This document shows positions 14,701 to 27,512 of a DNA stretch of 64,000 nt, piece by piece. Position 1 is the first letter of the stretch, and every line of letters begins with the position of its first letter. Source of the stretch: Octopus vulgaris (Eukaryota); assembly GCA_951406725.2 (NCBI GenBank), contig OX597821.1, positions 94,116,001 through 94,180,000 on the forward strand. The letters are read 5' to 3'. The translations under genes and the position numbers were made by a program. A model generated the notes under the pieces. It searched no databases and was not told where the DNA came from. It worked only from the letters and a program-made list of their open reading frames with translations.

Positions 14701-15047
14701 GTGTTCTTGAGCAAAAAAACCTTTATTTCACATTGCTCCAGTTCACTCAACCGTAGAAATGAGTTGCAACATTACAGGTGCCAAGCTGTATCAGCCTTTA
14801 CCTTTCAATTGGATAACATTGGTGCTGAGGAGAGGGGAGGTTGGTATGCATTGGTGATTACTGATCTTCCAGAAACTATGTTGCCCAGACTTGTGCCTCA
14901 GAGGAGACCTTTCTAAGTGCAATCCCATGGACATTTCGTAATTGAAGGGAGTCATTTTACCCAATATAGGTCCGAATTTGCATATAAGACCCAGAGAAGT
15001 TTTTTTAAAGAATTTTTCGGGAGAAGAAAAATGTGTGTGTCATATGC

Positions 15048-15383
15048 CATCATCATCATCATCATCATCGTTTAACATCCGCTTTCCATGCTAGCATGGG
15101 TTGGACGGTTCAACTGGGGTCTGGGGAGCCCAAAGGCTGCACCAGGCCAGTCAGATCTAGCAGTGTTTCTACAGCTGGATGCCCTTCCTAACGCCAACCA
15201 CTCCGAGAGTGTAGTGGGTGATTTTATGTGCCACCGACACAGGTGCCAGACGAGGCTGGCGAATGGCCACGCTCGGATGGTGTTTTTTTATGTGCCACCG
15301 ACACAGGTGCCAGACGAGGCTGACAGACGGCCATGCTCGGATGGTGTTTTTTATGTGCCACCGACACAGGTGCCAGACGAGGC
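15048..15383 (-). mobile_element. SINE family D ((GAT)n tail, internal ~59-bp tandem units)
   Basis: catcatcatcgtttaac...ccatgctagcatgggttggacgg...; other copies at 15930-16491(+), 17117-17400, 19604-20345, 22320-22872, 27512-27745, 31081-31540, 32033-32175, 34270-34550 and 39455-39650. Confidence 0.85.
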
Positions 15384-15538
15384 ATAGTAATTAATATAGT
15401 AATTAATTCTTAAAAAACAACATAGGGGTTCTGGAAACGCATTACTATTCTATTTGATACATACACAAACACACATACATACATGCAAATTTGCACAGCA
15501 ACTTACGCAGTCTCTGTATGTTTCTTTCAGACCCCAAA

Positions 15539-15733
15539 ATGATTGCACGAAGGCGGCACACCCATTACAACCAGGAGACTGTCCAGCTCCTGGAAGGTTC
15601 ACCAAACTTGAACTCTAATTCAACTTTAACTTCTAAATCTCCACCACGAGATATATTAACAGTCCAAGAAGGTACCTGCCGTGACCGAACCAATGAATTT
15701 TTATCAGCTGTAAAATCGATGCAATCAAGAAGA
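15539..15733 (+). CDS. STX5: Syntaxin-5, coding exon 1 (MIARRR...TCRDRTNEFLSAVKSMQSRR)
   Basis: Acceptor tttctttcag ends 15530, ATG at 15539 (A at -3), donor GTATGT at 15734. Contains the RDRTxEF Sly1-binding motif and an N-terminal RRR like the MIPRKR start of long Stx5. Confidence 0.93.
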
Positions 15734-15929
15734 GTATGTATCTTATTTTTACTGTGCTTTTCCTATTTTTGTTTTCATCTCTTTCTGTTATCACCATTAA
15801 TTACTGTCATCATCATTAACTTTGTTTTTGTATTAGGTGTAACGACTCTCTCAAGACACAATAAAATCATTATTTAACCTTATCTCTATTAATATAACAT
15901 TGTCACCAATGATATGTAAATATGTGTGC

Positions 15930-16491
15930 GTGTGACACTTGTGAAGACCTGTTGAGGCAAGTGTGTGACACTTGTGAAGACCTGTTGAGGCAAGTGAAAA
16001 TCAAAAAATCAAAATAGATGAACATCAATGGAATTTGTATCTTTGTGGTACCAGTGCCGGTGGCACACAAGAAAACCATCCGAACGTGGCCATAGCCAGT
16101 ACCGCATCGACTGGCCTCCGTGCTGTGGGCACGTAACAAACACCATCCGATCGTGGCCGTTCGCCAGCCTCATCTGGCACTTGTGTCGGTGGCACATAAA
16201 AAACACCATCCGAGCGTGGCCGTCTGCCAGCCTCGTCTGGCACCTGTGTCGGTGGCACATAAAAAACACCATCCGAGCGTGGCCGTTCGCCAGCCTCGTC
16301 TGGCATCTGTGTCGGTGGCACATAAAATCACCCACTACACTCTCGGAGTGGTTGGCGTTAGGAAGGGCATCCAGCTGTAGAAAGACTGCCAGATCTGACT
16401 GGCCTGGTGCAGCCTTCGGGCTCCCCAGACCCCAGTTGAACCGTCCAACCCATGCTAGCATGGAAAGCGGACGTTAAATGATGATGATGAT
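15930..16491 (+). mobile_element. SINE family D copy, inverted relative to 15048-15383
   Basis: Its reverse complement matches 15048-15383 over about 320 bp with few mismatches. Confidence 0.87.
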
Positions 16492-17554
16492 GTATGTTGC
16501 ATGTGTAAATGCACACACACATACATATATATAGGAAAAAAGCAACAAGAATGGATCAATATATCGGTACAATTGTTTGTCCTCGTACGAAACAATTGTA
16601 CCAATATATTGATCCATTCTTGTTGCTTTTTTCCTATTTGTAATCACCCCACTTGTTGTATGGTTAACACCATATAGATTTCCGGTGCATCCTAGTTAAG
16701 GACCATATTCATGTGAATTCATTAGAACTCACTTGAATCTCAATTACTTAAACCGTATATATATATATATATCCGACTGTGGTCGAGACAATGGAATTTA
16801 CTATGTTATGCCAGACTTCACCGTCCATCATAGTATTACGGAGGTCCTGTTGCTGGATGCCTGTATCCCTGGAGATTACATCAGGGTAGGAGAGTGTGCG
16901 CCCTTTGATATCGCAAGTAGATGGCTTCCAGGGGAGAAGAGTAGAAATTACCTCGTTTTCAGCTCTACAACAATATCCAGCAAACTGGAATCTTCTACCT
17001 TTCACATATGTTTGTATGTTGGTTGGATGATGCTTCCACGAGAGATTTTGAGCTCTCATAAGGAGGCGAGTGTAATAAGCTCTATTCAAGAGTGGGTCAA
17101 TGGTATATTACATATATCATCATCATCATTGCCGTTTAACATCCACTTTCCATACTGGCATGGGTTGTAATGTGACTGAGGACTGGCAAGCCAGTAGGTT
17201 GCAACAGGCTCCAATCTGATCTGGCAAGGTTTCTACAGCTGGATGCCATTCCTAATGCCAACCACTCCAAGAGTGTAGTGGGTGATTTTTTATGTGCCAC
17301 CGGCACTGGGAGCCAGTCAAGGGACACTAGCATTGACCCACTCTTGAATAGAGCTTATTGTATGTCACCAGCACGTGTGCCAACTGACCACAACTACAAT
17401 TTCAATTTTAGTATATATATGTATGTATATAGGTATGTTGGTGCAAACAGGAAAAATAGAACTCAAAATATAAGAATATGTATATTTTTATTAATACTTA
17501 GCAGAAGTAATGGAGTGGCTCATGGTCCAAGAGTTTCCTGCATTACACCACACA

Positions 17555-18845
17555 CACGGGGTGTTGTTCAGGCTAAATTTGACGATTTTTATGTCTCCTT
17601 GAAGTATAGCTTCATGTAATAGTGAACAATCAATGGCATTAGAGAACGTAAAGATTAAATTTGTAGTGAAGAAGTTAACTGACATGGACAGCTGGAAGGT
17701 ATTGGTGAAGAGTTATCTGTGTTATGGTATATTGGTAAAGAGTTTTCTGTATCATCGTGATTCATGCTGGGTGTCAAAAAAAATGCCAACATCATGACTG
17801 CTGGTCAATGCTCAGTGGACACTGTAAAGGTTGTAAGACATGACATGGACAACCGCAAAAGAGACTGTGAAGCTGTGGCCAGCAGGAAGGGACACAGCAA
17901 GTGTTTTGACTATATCTGCATGCATGAATTTATCCTCATCTTTGAACAGAGCCTTAGGCTCAATTCAAATGGCTATATGAAGCAGCTGGGGACTGTGGTC
18001 AATCCCTGGCTGGATAGGTTTGCTGCTGGATGGTCATATGTGTGGCAGCAGGATTTGGCTTCTTGCCATACCTCTGGAAAGAGTCAGAAGTGGTTGTCAG
18101 AGAATTTCTACAACATCGCCAGCCCTAATTTCTGGCTTCCTATATCCTCCGATTGTAATCCCATTGTGGATGCGCAATGGCCCAGTGGTTAGGGCAGCGG
18201 ACTCGCGGTCATAGGATCGCGGTTTCGATTCCCAGACCGGGCGTTGTGAGTGTTTATTGAGCGAAAACACCTAAAGCTCCACGAGGCTCCGGCAGGGGAT
18301 GGTGGTGATCCCTGCTGTACTCTTTCACCACAACTTTCTCTCACTCTTACTTCCTGTTTCTGTTGTACCTGTATTTCAAGGGGCCGGCCTTGTCACTCTC
18401 TGTGTCACGCTGAATATCCCTGAGAACTACGTTAAGGGTACACGTGTCTGTGGAGTGCTCAGCCACTTACACGTTAATTTCACGAGCAGGCTGTTCTGTT
18501 GATTGGATCAACCGGAACCCTCGTCGTCGTAACCGACGGAGTGCTTCCAGTGTGAAAGACACCAGTCACACTGCTCACTGCACCAAGGCTGATCTGGTGG
18601 TCAAGATCAAGAAGGTTTTCAAAGATCTTCCCATGGACACAATGAGAAATGCATGTGCCAGGTTTCGGAGCCATCTTGAGGTCGTGGTAGAAGCTGAGGG
18701 TGGCTACTTTGAGTAAACTGTTACCTTCTAACCATAATCTGGTTGATATCTTTTCATTTTTAAGATACTTTTTATTTTTGAACGGGATATTGTGTTTCCT
18801 TTTCCTTTTATGCAAACTGTCAAATTTGGCCTGAACACCATGTAT
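17555..18845 (+). mobile_element. Decayed Tc1/mariner transposon with nested SINE B (18165-18550)
   Basis: TIRs ggtgttgttcaggctaaatttgac / gtcaaatttggcctgaacacc; transposase remnants WQQDLASCHTS...FWLPISSDCNP and RNACARFRSHLEVVVEAEGGYFE. Confidence 0.85.
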
Positions 18846-18856
18846 GTGAGAGAGAG

Positions 18857-18899
<43 letters not shown>

Positions 18900-19113
18900 T
18901 CTTTTACTTGTTTCAGTCATTTGACTGTGGCCATGCTGGAGCACCATCTTTTAGTCGAGCAAATCGACCCCAGGATTTATTCTTTATAAGCCTAGTACTT
19001 ATTCTATCGGTTTCTTTTGCCGAACCGCTAAGTTACGGAGAAGTAAACACACCAGCATCAGTTGTCAAGTGATGTTGGGGGGGGGGGACAAAGACAGACA
19101 CACAAACATATGC

Positions 19114-19158
<45 letters not shown>

Positions 19159-19636
19159 ACGGGCTTCTTTCAGTTTCCGTCTACCAAATCCACTCACAAG
19201 GCTTTGGTTGGCCCGAGGCTATAGTAGAAGACACTTGCCCAAGGTGCCATGCAGTGGGACTGAACCCGGAACTATGTGGTTTGTAAGCAAGCTACTTACC
19301 ACACAGCTACTCCTACGCCTATATATATATATATATAGTTATTCCAAACATGAAAACACAAAGAGAAAACGCAACAACGCAAGTTTGCTTCACAGTCTTG
19401 TTGCTTTGGGGTTCAATCCTACTGCACTGCTCATTGGACAAATATCTTTTTTTTTTTTTTTTCTATAGTCACTGGCCTTATAAGTAAATCTTGTTGGTGG
19501 AAACTGTGTTGAAACTCGTCATGTATGTGTGTGTGTAATGTTTTGAACAAATGGAAAATTCTTGTGAATATGTATTTGTATGTACCTGAATCTCTGTGTG
19601 ATGATCATCATCATCATCGTTTAACATCCGTTTTCC

Positions 19637-19972
19637 ATGGTTAGGAGATAACAGTTTACTCAAAGTAGCCACCCTCAGCTTCTACCACGACCTCAAGATG
19701 GCTCCGAAATCTGGCACATGCATTTCTCATTGTGTCCATGGGAAGATCTTTGAAAACCTCCTTGATCTTGGCCACCAGATCAGCCTTGGTGCAGTGAGCA
19801 GTGTGACTGGTGTCTCTCACAACTGTGCCCCACACATGGTAATCTGTGGGATTACAATCGGAGGATATAGGAAGCCAGAAATTAGGGCTGGCGATGTTGT
19901 AGAAATTCTCTGACAACCACTTCTGACTCTTTCCAGAGGTATGGCAAGAAGCCAAATCCTGCTGGCACACAT
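19637..19972 (-). mobile_element. Inverted copy of the Tc1/mariner transposase 3' part, embedded in a family-D SINE
   Basis: ORF 19656-19988 (QQDLASCHTS...DCNPTDYHVWG...EGGYFE) matches 18040-18735 without the nested SINE. Confidence 0.85.
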
Positions 19973-21753
19973 GGGTTGGACGGTTCAACTGGGGTCTGGG
20001 AAGCCAGTAGGCTGCGCCAGGCCCAGTCTGATCTGGCAGTGTTTCTACAGCTGAATGCCCTTCCTAATGCCAACCACTCCGTGAGTGTAGTGGGTGCTTT
20101 TTACGTGCCACCTGCACAGGGGCCAGACGAGGCTGGCAAACGGCCACAATCGGTTGGTGCTTTTTACGTGCCACCGGCATGGGGGTCAGACGAGGCTGGC
20201 AAATGGCCACGATCGGTTGGTGCTTTTTACGTGCCACCGGCACGGAGGCCAGGTGAGGCTGGCAAATGGCCACGATCGGATGGTGCTTTTTACATGCCAC
20301 CGGCACGGACGCCAGTCGGGGCAGCGCTAGCAATGGCCATGTTGCTAAATGCACACCAGACAGACAGATAGATAGACACACACACACACACACATGCATA
20401 CCACATCACATTTGTTATGAGTAGCAGGAGGAAGACATGCATTCAGTCTCAGTCTGGTTGTCTGAAACTAATAAACAGACAGATTATATACTTTTTTTTT
20501 TACGATTTCATGATTTGATACTGTGAATTAGTGTTTACTGTGTTAAAACTATTTTTATGTAAAAAAAAAATATGTTGTTGATATGTTAAATTGATTGTGA
20601 AGATTATCCTGCCACCTTCCATTGGCCAGGAAAAGTAGGTAGTCTTTATCTGTCTGGTGGCTTGGTGTTTCAGATTGAAAGGGCAGAAGGCAGACACTGC
20701 ATAGTGATTTCCTCATTGACTCATGAGGCTTTTTAGTTAAACTTGATATCCTTTTAATCCTACACTTGCTGTGTGACCTTAAGGGAATGGCTGACTGCAA
20801 GACTGAATATCTAAAACATGAATGATGGCAGCTGCTTCAAGTGGTACCAATCTCTAATGGTAGAGAGAATTAATACTTATCTCCAACACCTAACAAAGCT
20901 AAGGTAATGTAGAATCATTGTGTGTGTGTGTGTGTGTGCAACAAAACATTACAAGCCAGTGAGGAGCCTCGGTTTAGTTTTCTGATCCACTGAAAATATG
21001 GACTAAATCTCTCTCAAAAGCCAGAAGAACACATTAGACAATGTAATCTTAAATGCACTCTGTCTAGATAAAATATAGGATCGTTATAACTGGAACAGGT
21101 AGACCCAGGAAAAACATGGGACAAAGTGGTGTGAAAGGATCTACAAACGTTGGGACTCCCAGAGGGGATGACAGGAGACTGAGACACCTGGTGGTTTGCT
21201 GTGCTTGAAAAGACATGTCAAGCTAAGCAAAAGTGTGGTTGACCTTGCATATGGGCTTGTCCCTTGCAACCCTCTCCAGTTAAGCATCCCTAATCTTGAA
21301 GAATCGTAAGTGCTGGTGCCATGTAAAAAGCACCAAGTACACTTTGTAAAGTGGTTGGCATTAGGAAGGGTATCTATGCCAAAAAAGAACATGAAGCCTG
21401 AACAGCCCTTCAAACCGTCCAGCCTATGCCAGCATGGAAAACTGACGTTAAATAGTGATGATGATTGGCTAATATATGAAGTTGAACTAATATAAACTGT
21501 TTGTGATGTGAGCAGATGATAAATTGATTGTAGAAGGTACACTCTTTGGAAGTCTGGTGGGTACAAAGTACCTTGGTCAGAGTTTAAAACGTTGGGGGCT
21601 CATAGATCTGCTGGTATAAGTTTAAATTAAATGGGGGAGAATTTGTAAGACAGATTCATCCAACATGTGCAAAACAGCAAAATAAACATTAAAATGATAA
21701 TGTATCGTGTCTTATGTTAACTTTATTCCTTTCACTTACATTTTGTTTTGCAG

Positions 21754-21824
21754 TTCAATGGTCTTGTTTCAGTCCAGCAAAACCGCAGCCAACCTCAAAC
21801 TACAGAATTCACATTGAGATCTCG
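21754..21824 (+). CDS. STX5: Syntaxin-5, coding exon 2 (FNGLVSVQQNRSQPQTTEFTLRS-R)
   Basis: ttttgcag acceptor, GTCAGT donor, phase 0 to 2; aligns with human QNG...SEFTLMAKR. Confidence 0.88.
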
Positions 21825-24800
21825 GTCAGTTTTTCAATAATCATTCTGTTCCTTGTTTGTGTCCACAACTTTCAATTTGAATTCATTCATTCTTTCATTG
21901 TACAAGTGCAGCAGCATCATTATTTTTTTTTTTTAAATGTTGCCTTTTCCATGTTTGCATGGATCAGGTGAGATTTGTTGAAGCAGATTTTCTATGTCCA
22001 AATGCTCTTCATATCACCAACCCTCACTTGTTAAGAAACAAGGTAATATTTTTCCCATTATCTTTCAAAAAATGGATAGTACAAAGGCTGGACATATTTT
22101 TGTGGAAGATTGCAAACAGAGGGCAGGTTTGTTTGCAATTAGTACTCAATTTTAAGACAAGGAAACGTGAACACACAAACCTGCAAACATAAATACACCC
22201 CTCTCCCTCTTTCTCTCTCACATGAAGGCCTGATATACAGAAACTGAAAGAAGCCCATTGTGTGAGTCTGTCTCCTTGCTTTGACATTGCATGGCAGTTG
22301 TAAACGAATGTCATTGTCATGACCCGGCATTGCTTGAGAAGACCCGGCAAGCCAAATGAGGGCATAACCTCATGGCCTATGCCAGGGGCGGAATCAACCC
22401 ACTTAGGTGTACCTTTCCTTCTTTGGACACTAAACTCTGCTTGCGAAGACCTTTTGAGGCAAGTGAAATCGAAATTAAATTCGATGACTGGCATCTGTGC
22501 TAGTGGGGTGCTAAGAGCACCATCCAAGTGCAATCGTTGCCAGAGCAGCTAACTGGCTTCCGTGCTGGTGGCACGTAAAAGGCACCATTGAGCGTGATTG
22601 TTACCAGCGTTGCCTTACTGGCACGTGAAAAAACATTTGAGCGAGGTTGTTGCCATTACCACCTGACTGGCCCCCATGCCAGTGGCACGTAAAAGCATCC
22701 CCACACTCTCGGAGTGGTTGGCATTAGGAAGGGCATCCAGCTCTAGAAACTCTGCTAGATCAAGATTGGAGTCTGGTGCAGCCATCTGGTTCGCCAGTCC
22801 TCAGTCAAATCGTTTAACCCATGCTAGCATGGAAAGCGGACGTTAAACGATGATGATGATGATGATGATGATGTAAATATTATGTTGCTTAGAAACAGGT
22901 GGTGGTGGGTGACGGTATGGGCATCTGGTTGTAGAAAATCTGCCTCAGTAAAAACTCCATCTGACTATGCACGCATAGAAAAGAAGACATTAAAACTGAT
23001 GATGATGATGATTAAATGATGTTCTGTCCAGAGGCAGGGGAAAATTTATCTTACATCATCTCAGTTGTATTTCTGGTACAGAACACTTTTTCTAAATTAC
23101 CTCAATTCATCTGGTTGTCAGTAAAGTGATCTGTGAATGCTCTGTGGCTTAGACCAGTGCCCAATTGAAGGTGGGAGAATTTCAGCACGAAGGTTGTATT
23201 AATTCTTGGTTGGCATTGTCTCAGTTAACTTACATTGAGACAGGCATGAGTGTTATGATTCTCATTTTTGTTATCTATCTTTCTAAAACCAGTTTCAAAT
23301 CATGGTAGGGCTTATTTTCGGGAAGACACGGCGTATATTTGAAGTATGCGGTTGTGCTCTTTCGAATGATAATGCGGTCGGTTCTCCGTAATAGAAAGTC
23401 CAGAGAGCGAACGAGGTTGTTGTAAAGGGAAGTAACTCAGTATTACTGTCTTCAAGGGTAATTACTCTTTGAGATCATTACAGCTGCCGCCGCGATTTAT
23501 AAAGGCTGATTCTGCATCAGCACCCCATAGACTTAACATACACCACCGTCTTCTACAGTTCTCCAACATTGTCCGATGGATCGCAGTCACATATGTAACT
23601 TGTGTGACAGCTGTTATTTCTACAAACTATATTTGAAAAAAATCCACGTATAGATGTAAGCAAGTTGAAGTTGCTGTATCAGATGGCTGGATTCTTAAAA
23701 AGCTGATCGCTGTGTGTTATTAAAGAATTTAAGAATTAGCTAAGAGAAGAAGTAAAGGACAGATCCGTATGAGTTAAACCACGTTGCGATTAAAAGAACT
23801 AGGCAAATATAAATTTAGGTATTTTAAGCGTGTTATAAGGGTAGACAGCCTAAAAAAATGTTGACCTATAGAAAAGTATTTAGGAAAGGCAAAGAGGAAG
23901 AGATAGACAAAGCGCTTGGCTTGATAGCATCATAGGAATAACAGGATTGAAAGTGCTATAATTAATAAGAAAAGAAGAATGAGGAGAATGGAAAAAAAAC
24001 TGTCGGTTAAGCCATTCCCACTTCAAATGTCGGAGGTTGCAGATGATATATTTATTATGAGATAACGAGTTCGATCTCGCTAGCTGTAGAATACTCAGCC
24101 ATATATTCTGCAATACAAGAAGTTGGTAGTTCTGTTGATCAAAATCGAGACATCAGGAACGAAATAAATTGTTTTGTTATTACGTTGTAGAAAGTAAATA
24201 GAAACTTGTAAAAGTTTTACAGCCCCGAAGTATTCAATTACTTACGAATGCTGGTTAACACGGGCAATCTGCTTAGGAGTTACTTCCCTTGGCGTTGAGT
24301 TATTTCCCTGCGCTATACTTATGTTGTTAGGATATTTACAGCACTAATGTTTTGTAGGCTATACAAGCAAACGAAAATGCCTGTGCACATTCTATAGAAC
24401 TGCTAGAAATAGCAGTCTAATTTCCCTCAAATCATAGCTCGTCCTTTTTTTTTAAAAAAAAAAGATATATTTGATAATGCTCTTTCAATGCTGAGTTGGG
24501 CTTAACAATGGCCAAGTTCTTTTCTTCTCAGTTGAATTACTGGTTTACTTGTTTCAATCATTTGACTGCAGCTATGCTGGGGCACTGCCTTGAAGAAATT
24601 TTAGTCGAAAGAATCGATCCCAGTATTTATTTTTGAAGTCTGGTACTTATTCTGTCTATTTCTTTTGCCATAAATACAATATTTAGCATTTAAACCGGCC
24701 ATATCTGGCCAAAAGTATTCTGCCTGTTTTATGTTCAAACTGGCCAGATCTGACATCTCACACCAATCCTACAATATCTTTTTAAAAATGAACAGCTACC

Positions 24801-25222
24801 TCATCAAAATCTCATAGCTACAAGATAATGCATGATTAGTTCAAAACAGTGTGGATGAAGAAGCATTAATTGTGGCAGAATAATGCGAACACTAAAGGGT
24901 TAAGGCAATATCATTTCTGAAAGACTAACAAAATATTGTATTTATGGAATACTAAAACACATTAAAATTTTTATGGAGGCATAGAACACCATGGAAATAT
25001 TTCTAAGATGCTGAAACACCACAAAATATTTATGTAAGACAGCAGCAAAATATCATATTTATGGAAGACTACAACTCAATAACATATTTTTGGGAAGCGT
25101 TCTTCCATAAATATGTTCATTACAAAGTTGAAAACTGAAGCATTTAATTTTAAAATTTGAAATTAAAAACTACAGTTTTTTTAATGTTGTGTGGTTAACC
25201 ATGTGTTTGATTTTCATTTTAG

Positions 25223-25278
25223 GTCAGTTGGGAAAAACCTTGCCAACACATCATTCAAACTAGAGAAACTGGCTTTGT
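25223..25278 (+). CDS. STX5: Syntaxin-5, coding exon 3 (SVGKNLANTSFKLEKLAL)
   Basis: cattttag acceptor, GTAAGT donor; matches IGKDLSNTFAKLEKLTIL. Confidence 0.93.
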
Positions 25279-25819
25279 GTAAGTAACTATTGACAACCTT
25301 TTTTTTTTTCTTTCAAGTAAAAAATGATGTTGAGGTAAAATGGCTGAGTGGATGAGCTATTGGACTATTTACTCTGAAATTTTGAGTTCAAATCTACTGC
25401 TGGTGTTTTAATGTAATTGTTGTTTATGCCTAGGTCAGCTGTGATTAAGCTGACTTAGGATGAAAGATGTTCCAATTATAATGATCCCATATTTTATCTA
25501 GACATAATGCATTTAAGATTACATTATCTAATGTGTTCTGCTGGTTTTTGAGAGAGATTTAGTCCCTATTTCTAGTGGATCAGAAAACTAGATCAAGGCT
25601 CCCTCATTAGCTTGTAATGTTTTGTTGCACACATAAACAATAATTCTACATTACGTTAGCTTTCTTAGGTATTGGAGATAAGTATTAGTTCATGTGGGAA
25701 TGTTATGGGTATATTCAGCCTTAGGTCAAAGTTCACTGGTCATTTTTCTCTGCTCTGGTTTCAACACCAATCGTATGGCTATTGTCCTTGATCTCAAGGG
25801 ATTTCCACCAATATATAAA

Positions 25820-26252
25820 TGTCTCTGGAACTAATGAAGAACTAAGAAGAGTCAATAATTATTACTGTGCAGTAAAACCTTGATGTCTCCAAGAGTCCAG
25901 TCCCAAAGGAATCTTTCTAAGGGTTATTATTTGGCCCCAGATTTATAGTGTTGAATAGATGAAGGAGAACTGTCCTCTCCTCTCAGATAAGATGACAATC
26001 TATAAACTATTATATTATTAGCAGATTTGGCCCCTATTCTTGACATCTATAAAACCTGTGTTACTTACTTTGTTTAACAAAGAACTAGAAATAGCAGTCA
26101 AGTCTTCTTCAAATCATACCTTGTTGTCTTTAAGCAGAAAGGACACTAGATAATATGGCCTTAGATATAATATGCTTCAATAAAAGACAAGATGGTTATG
26201 ACCAGAACACTTTAGCTTTTATGTCTGTTGGATCAAGGTCAAGCTCATATGA
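25820..26252 (+). repeat. Local duplication, copy 1 (copy 2 at 29267-29693)
   Basis: About 430 bp near-identical direct repeat. Confidence 0.9.
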
Positions 26253-26388
26253 CCACAACATAGAACTGAAAGACTAGTATTATATTAAAGACCAGTCTTA
26301 TATTCATCAATTATTGATTAAATAATTATTTGTATTGTGATTATCCAGTTATATCTGAATATATGAAGCAATAACAATGATGATGATG

Positions 26389-26419
<31 letters not shown>

Positions 26420-26424
<5 letters not shown>

Positions 26425-26810
26425 CAGCAAAATGTGGAACCTGAAGACTAAAACAATACCTGTTGTCATAGGTGCCCTGGGAATGATAGCGAAGGGGGAT
26501 GATTGCTACCCAACTCAGATACCAGGAAACCCCAAAATGGCAGAAATTCAAAAGATAGTGCTTATGGGAACTGCTCATATCCTACGCAAAATACTCTCCA
26601 TGTAATCTCAAGGTCTAAAACAAACAATTTTTTAAAAAAATTTATTTATTAGACATTCTCTAGTACAACACCATAAAAGCCCCCAAATATATGGCACACT
26701 AGGCATAACAACAACGTGAACTTCCAACCTGTTGTCTCTTGAGGTCTCTGGGTGAGACTTGGAGCCAACTTGTACAAACATAAAGCAAAAGTCAAACATA
26801 GAATAATAAT
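26420..26810 (+). mobile_element. R4/Dong-like LINE 3' end in (TAA)n
   Basis: KMWNLKTKTIPVVIGALGMI...EIQKIVLMGTAHILRKILSM*, flanked by (AAT)n repeats. Confidence 0.75.
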
Positions 26811-26989
26811 AATAATGATATCAGATTTTGGCACAAGGCCAGCAATTCTGGGGAGGTGGTGAACTGATTACATCGACCACAGTGATCAACTGCTACTTGT
26901 TTTATCAACCCCATAAGGATGAAAGATAAAGTTGACCTCAGTGGAATTTGAAGTCAGAACATAAAGATGGACAAAATGCCACTAAGCAT

Positions 26990-27512
26990 TTTTGCCTGGC
27001 ATGCTAATGAATCTGCCTGCTCACCACCTTAATAATAATAATGATAATAATTGGTATAAAAGATGGGCTACAGCAAATATTCTGCTCAATACCACAGATT
27101 TGCTTGTCAGTTGTTTGACCTTAACCAGTTGAGAATGTCCCTTAGTGGCTGACGATATGTGCATAAGTAGCAGAAGTAGTGGGGGAGCATCATGGCCATG
27201 TGTTGAGAGGAATTCTTAGAAGTTTGGATAATTCACCTTTGGAAACATGGGTGGTTCGTTCAACATCCTTAAACAACCCTTATTCAGGGACCTTTTGAGC
27301 AGGATGGGCTACTCGACCAGAAGAAAATTCTAACTGGGCCCCACCTGCAAGGTCATGTACTGTTTATCTTGATATGAGATCACTGTCACGCACACATGGT
27401 TGTGATGCATGTGCCTAGTGTACCCTTATCAGACGGGTAGTCATGATGGGTATACTGGGTTTCGTATATGTTACCCCAGTGTCACTTTGATGGCATGCAC
27501 TGCTCTCTCACT
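26990..27512. mobile_element. Interspersed repeat family E (second copy 40610-41175)
   Basis: About 500 bp shared sequence flanked by (AAT)n. Confidence 0.75.

Noticed and set aside
15225-15383. CRISPR-like periodic repeats of about 59 bp
   Set aside because: No unique spacers and no cas genes; these are internal tandem units of a eukaryotic SINE.
16733-17170. 145-aa ORF in an STX5 intron
   Set aside because: Spans a TA repeat, degraded repeat sequence and a SINE; no recognisable domain.
17490-17600. Possible extra STX5 exon (SNGVAHGP...)
   Set aside because: No good splice sites; overlaps the mariner TIR; 21754-21824 fits better.
23290-24320. Segment bounded by inverted aagggaagtaactc/gagttacttccctt
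   Set aside because: Probably an old DNA element, but no TSD or coding motif could be established.
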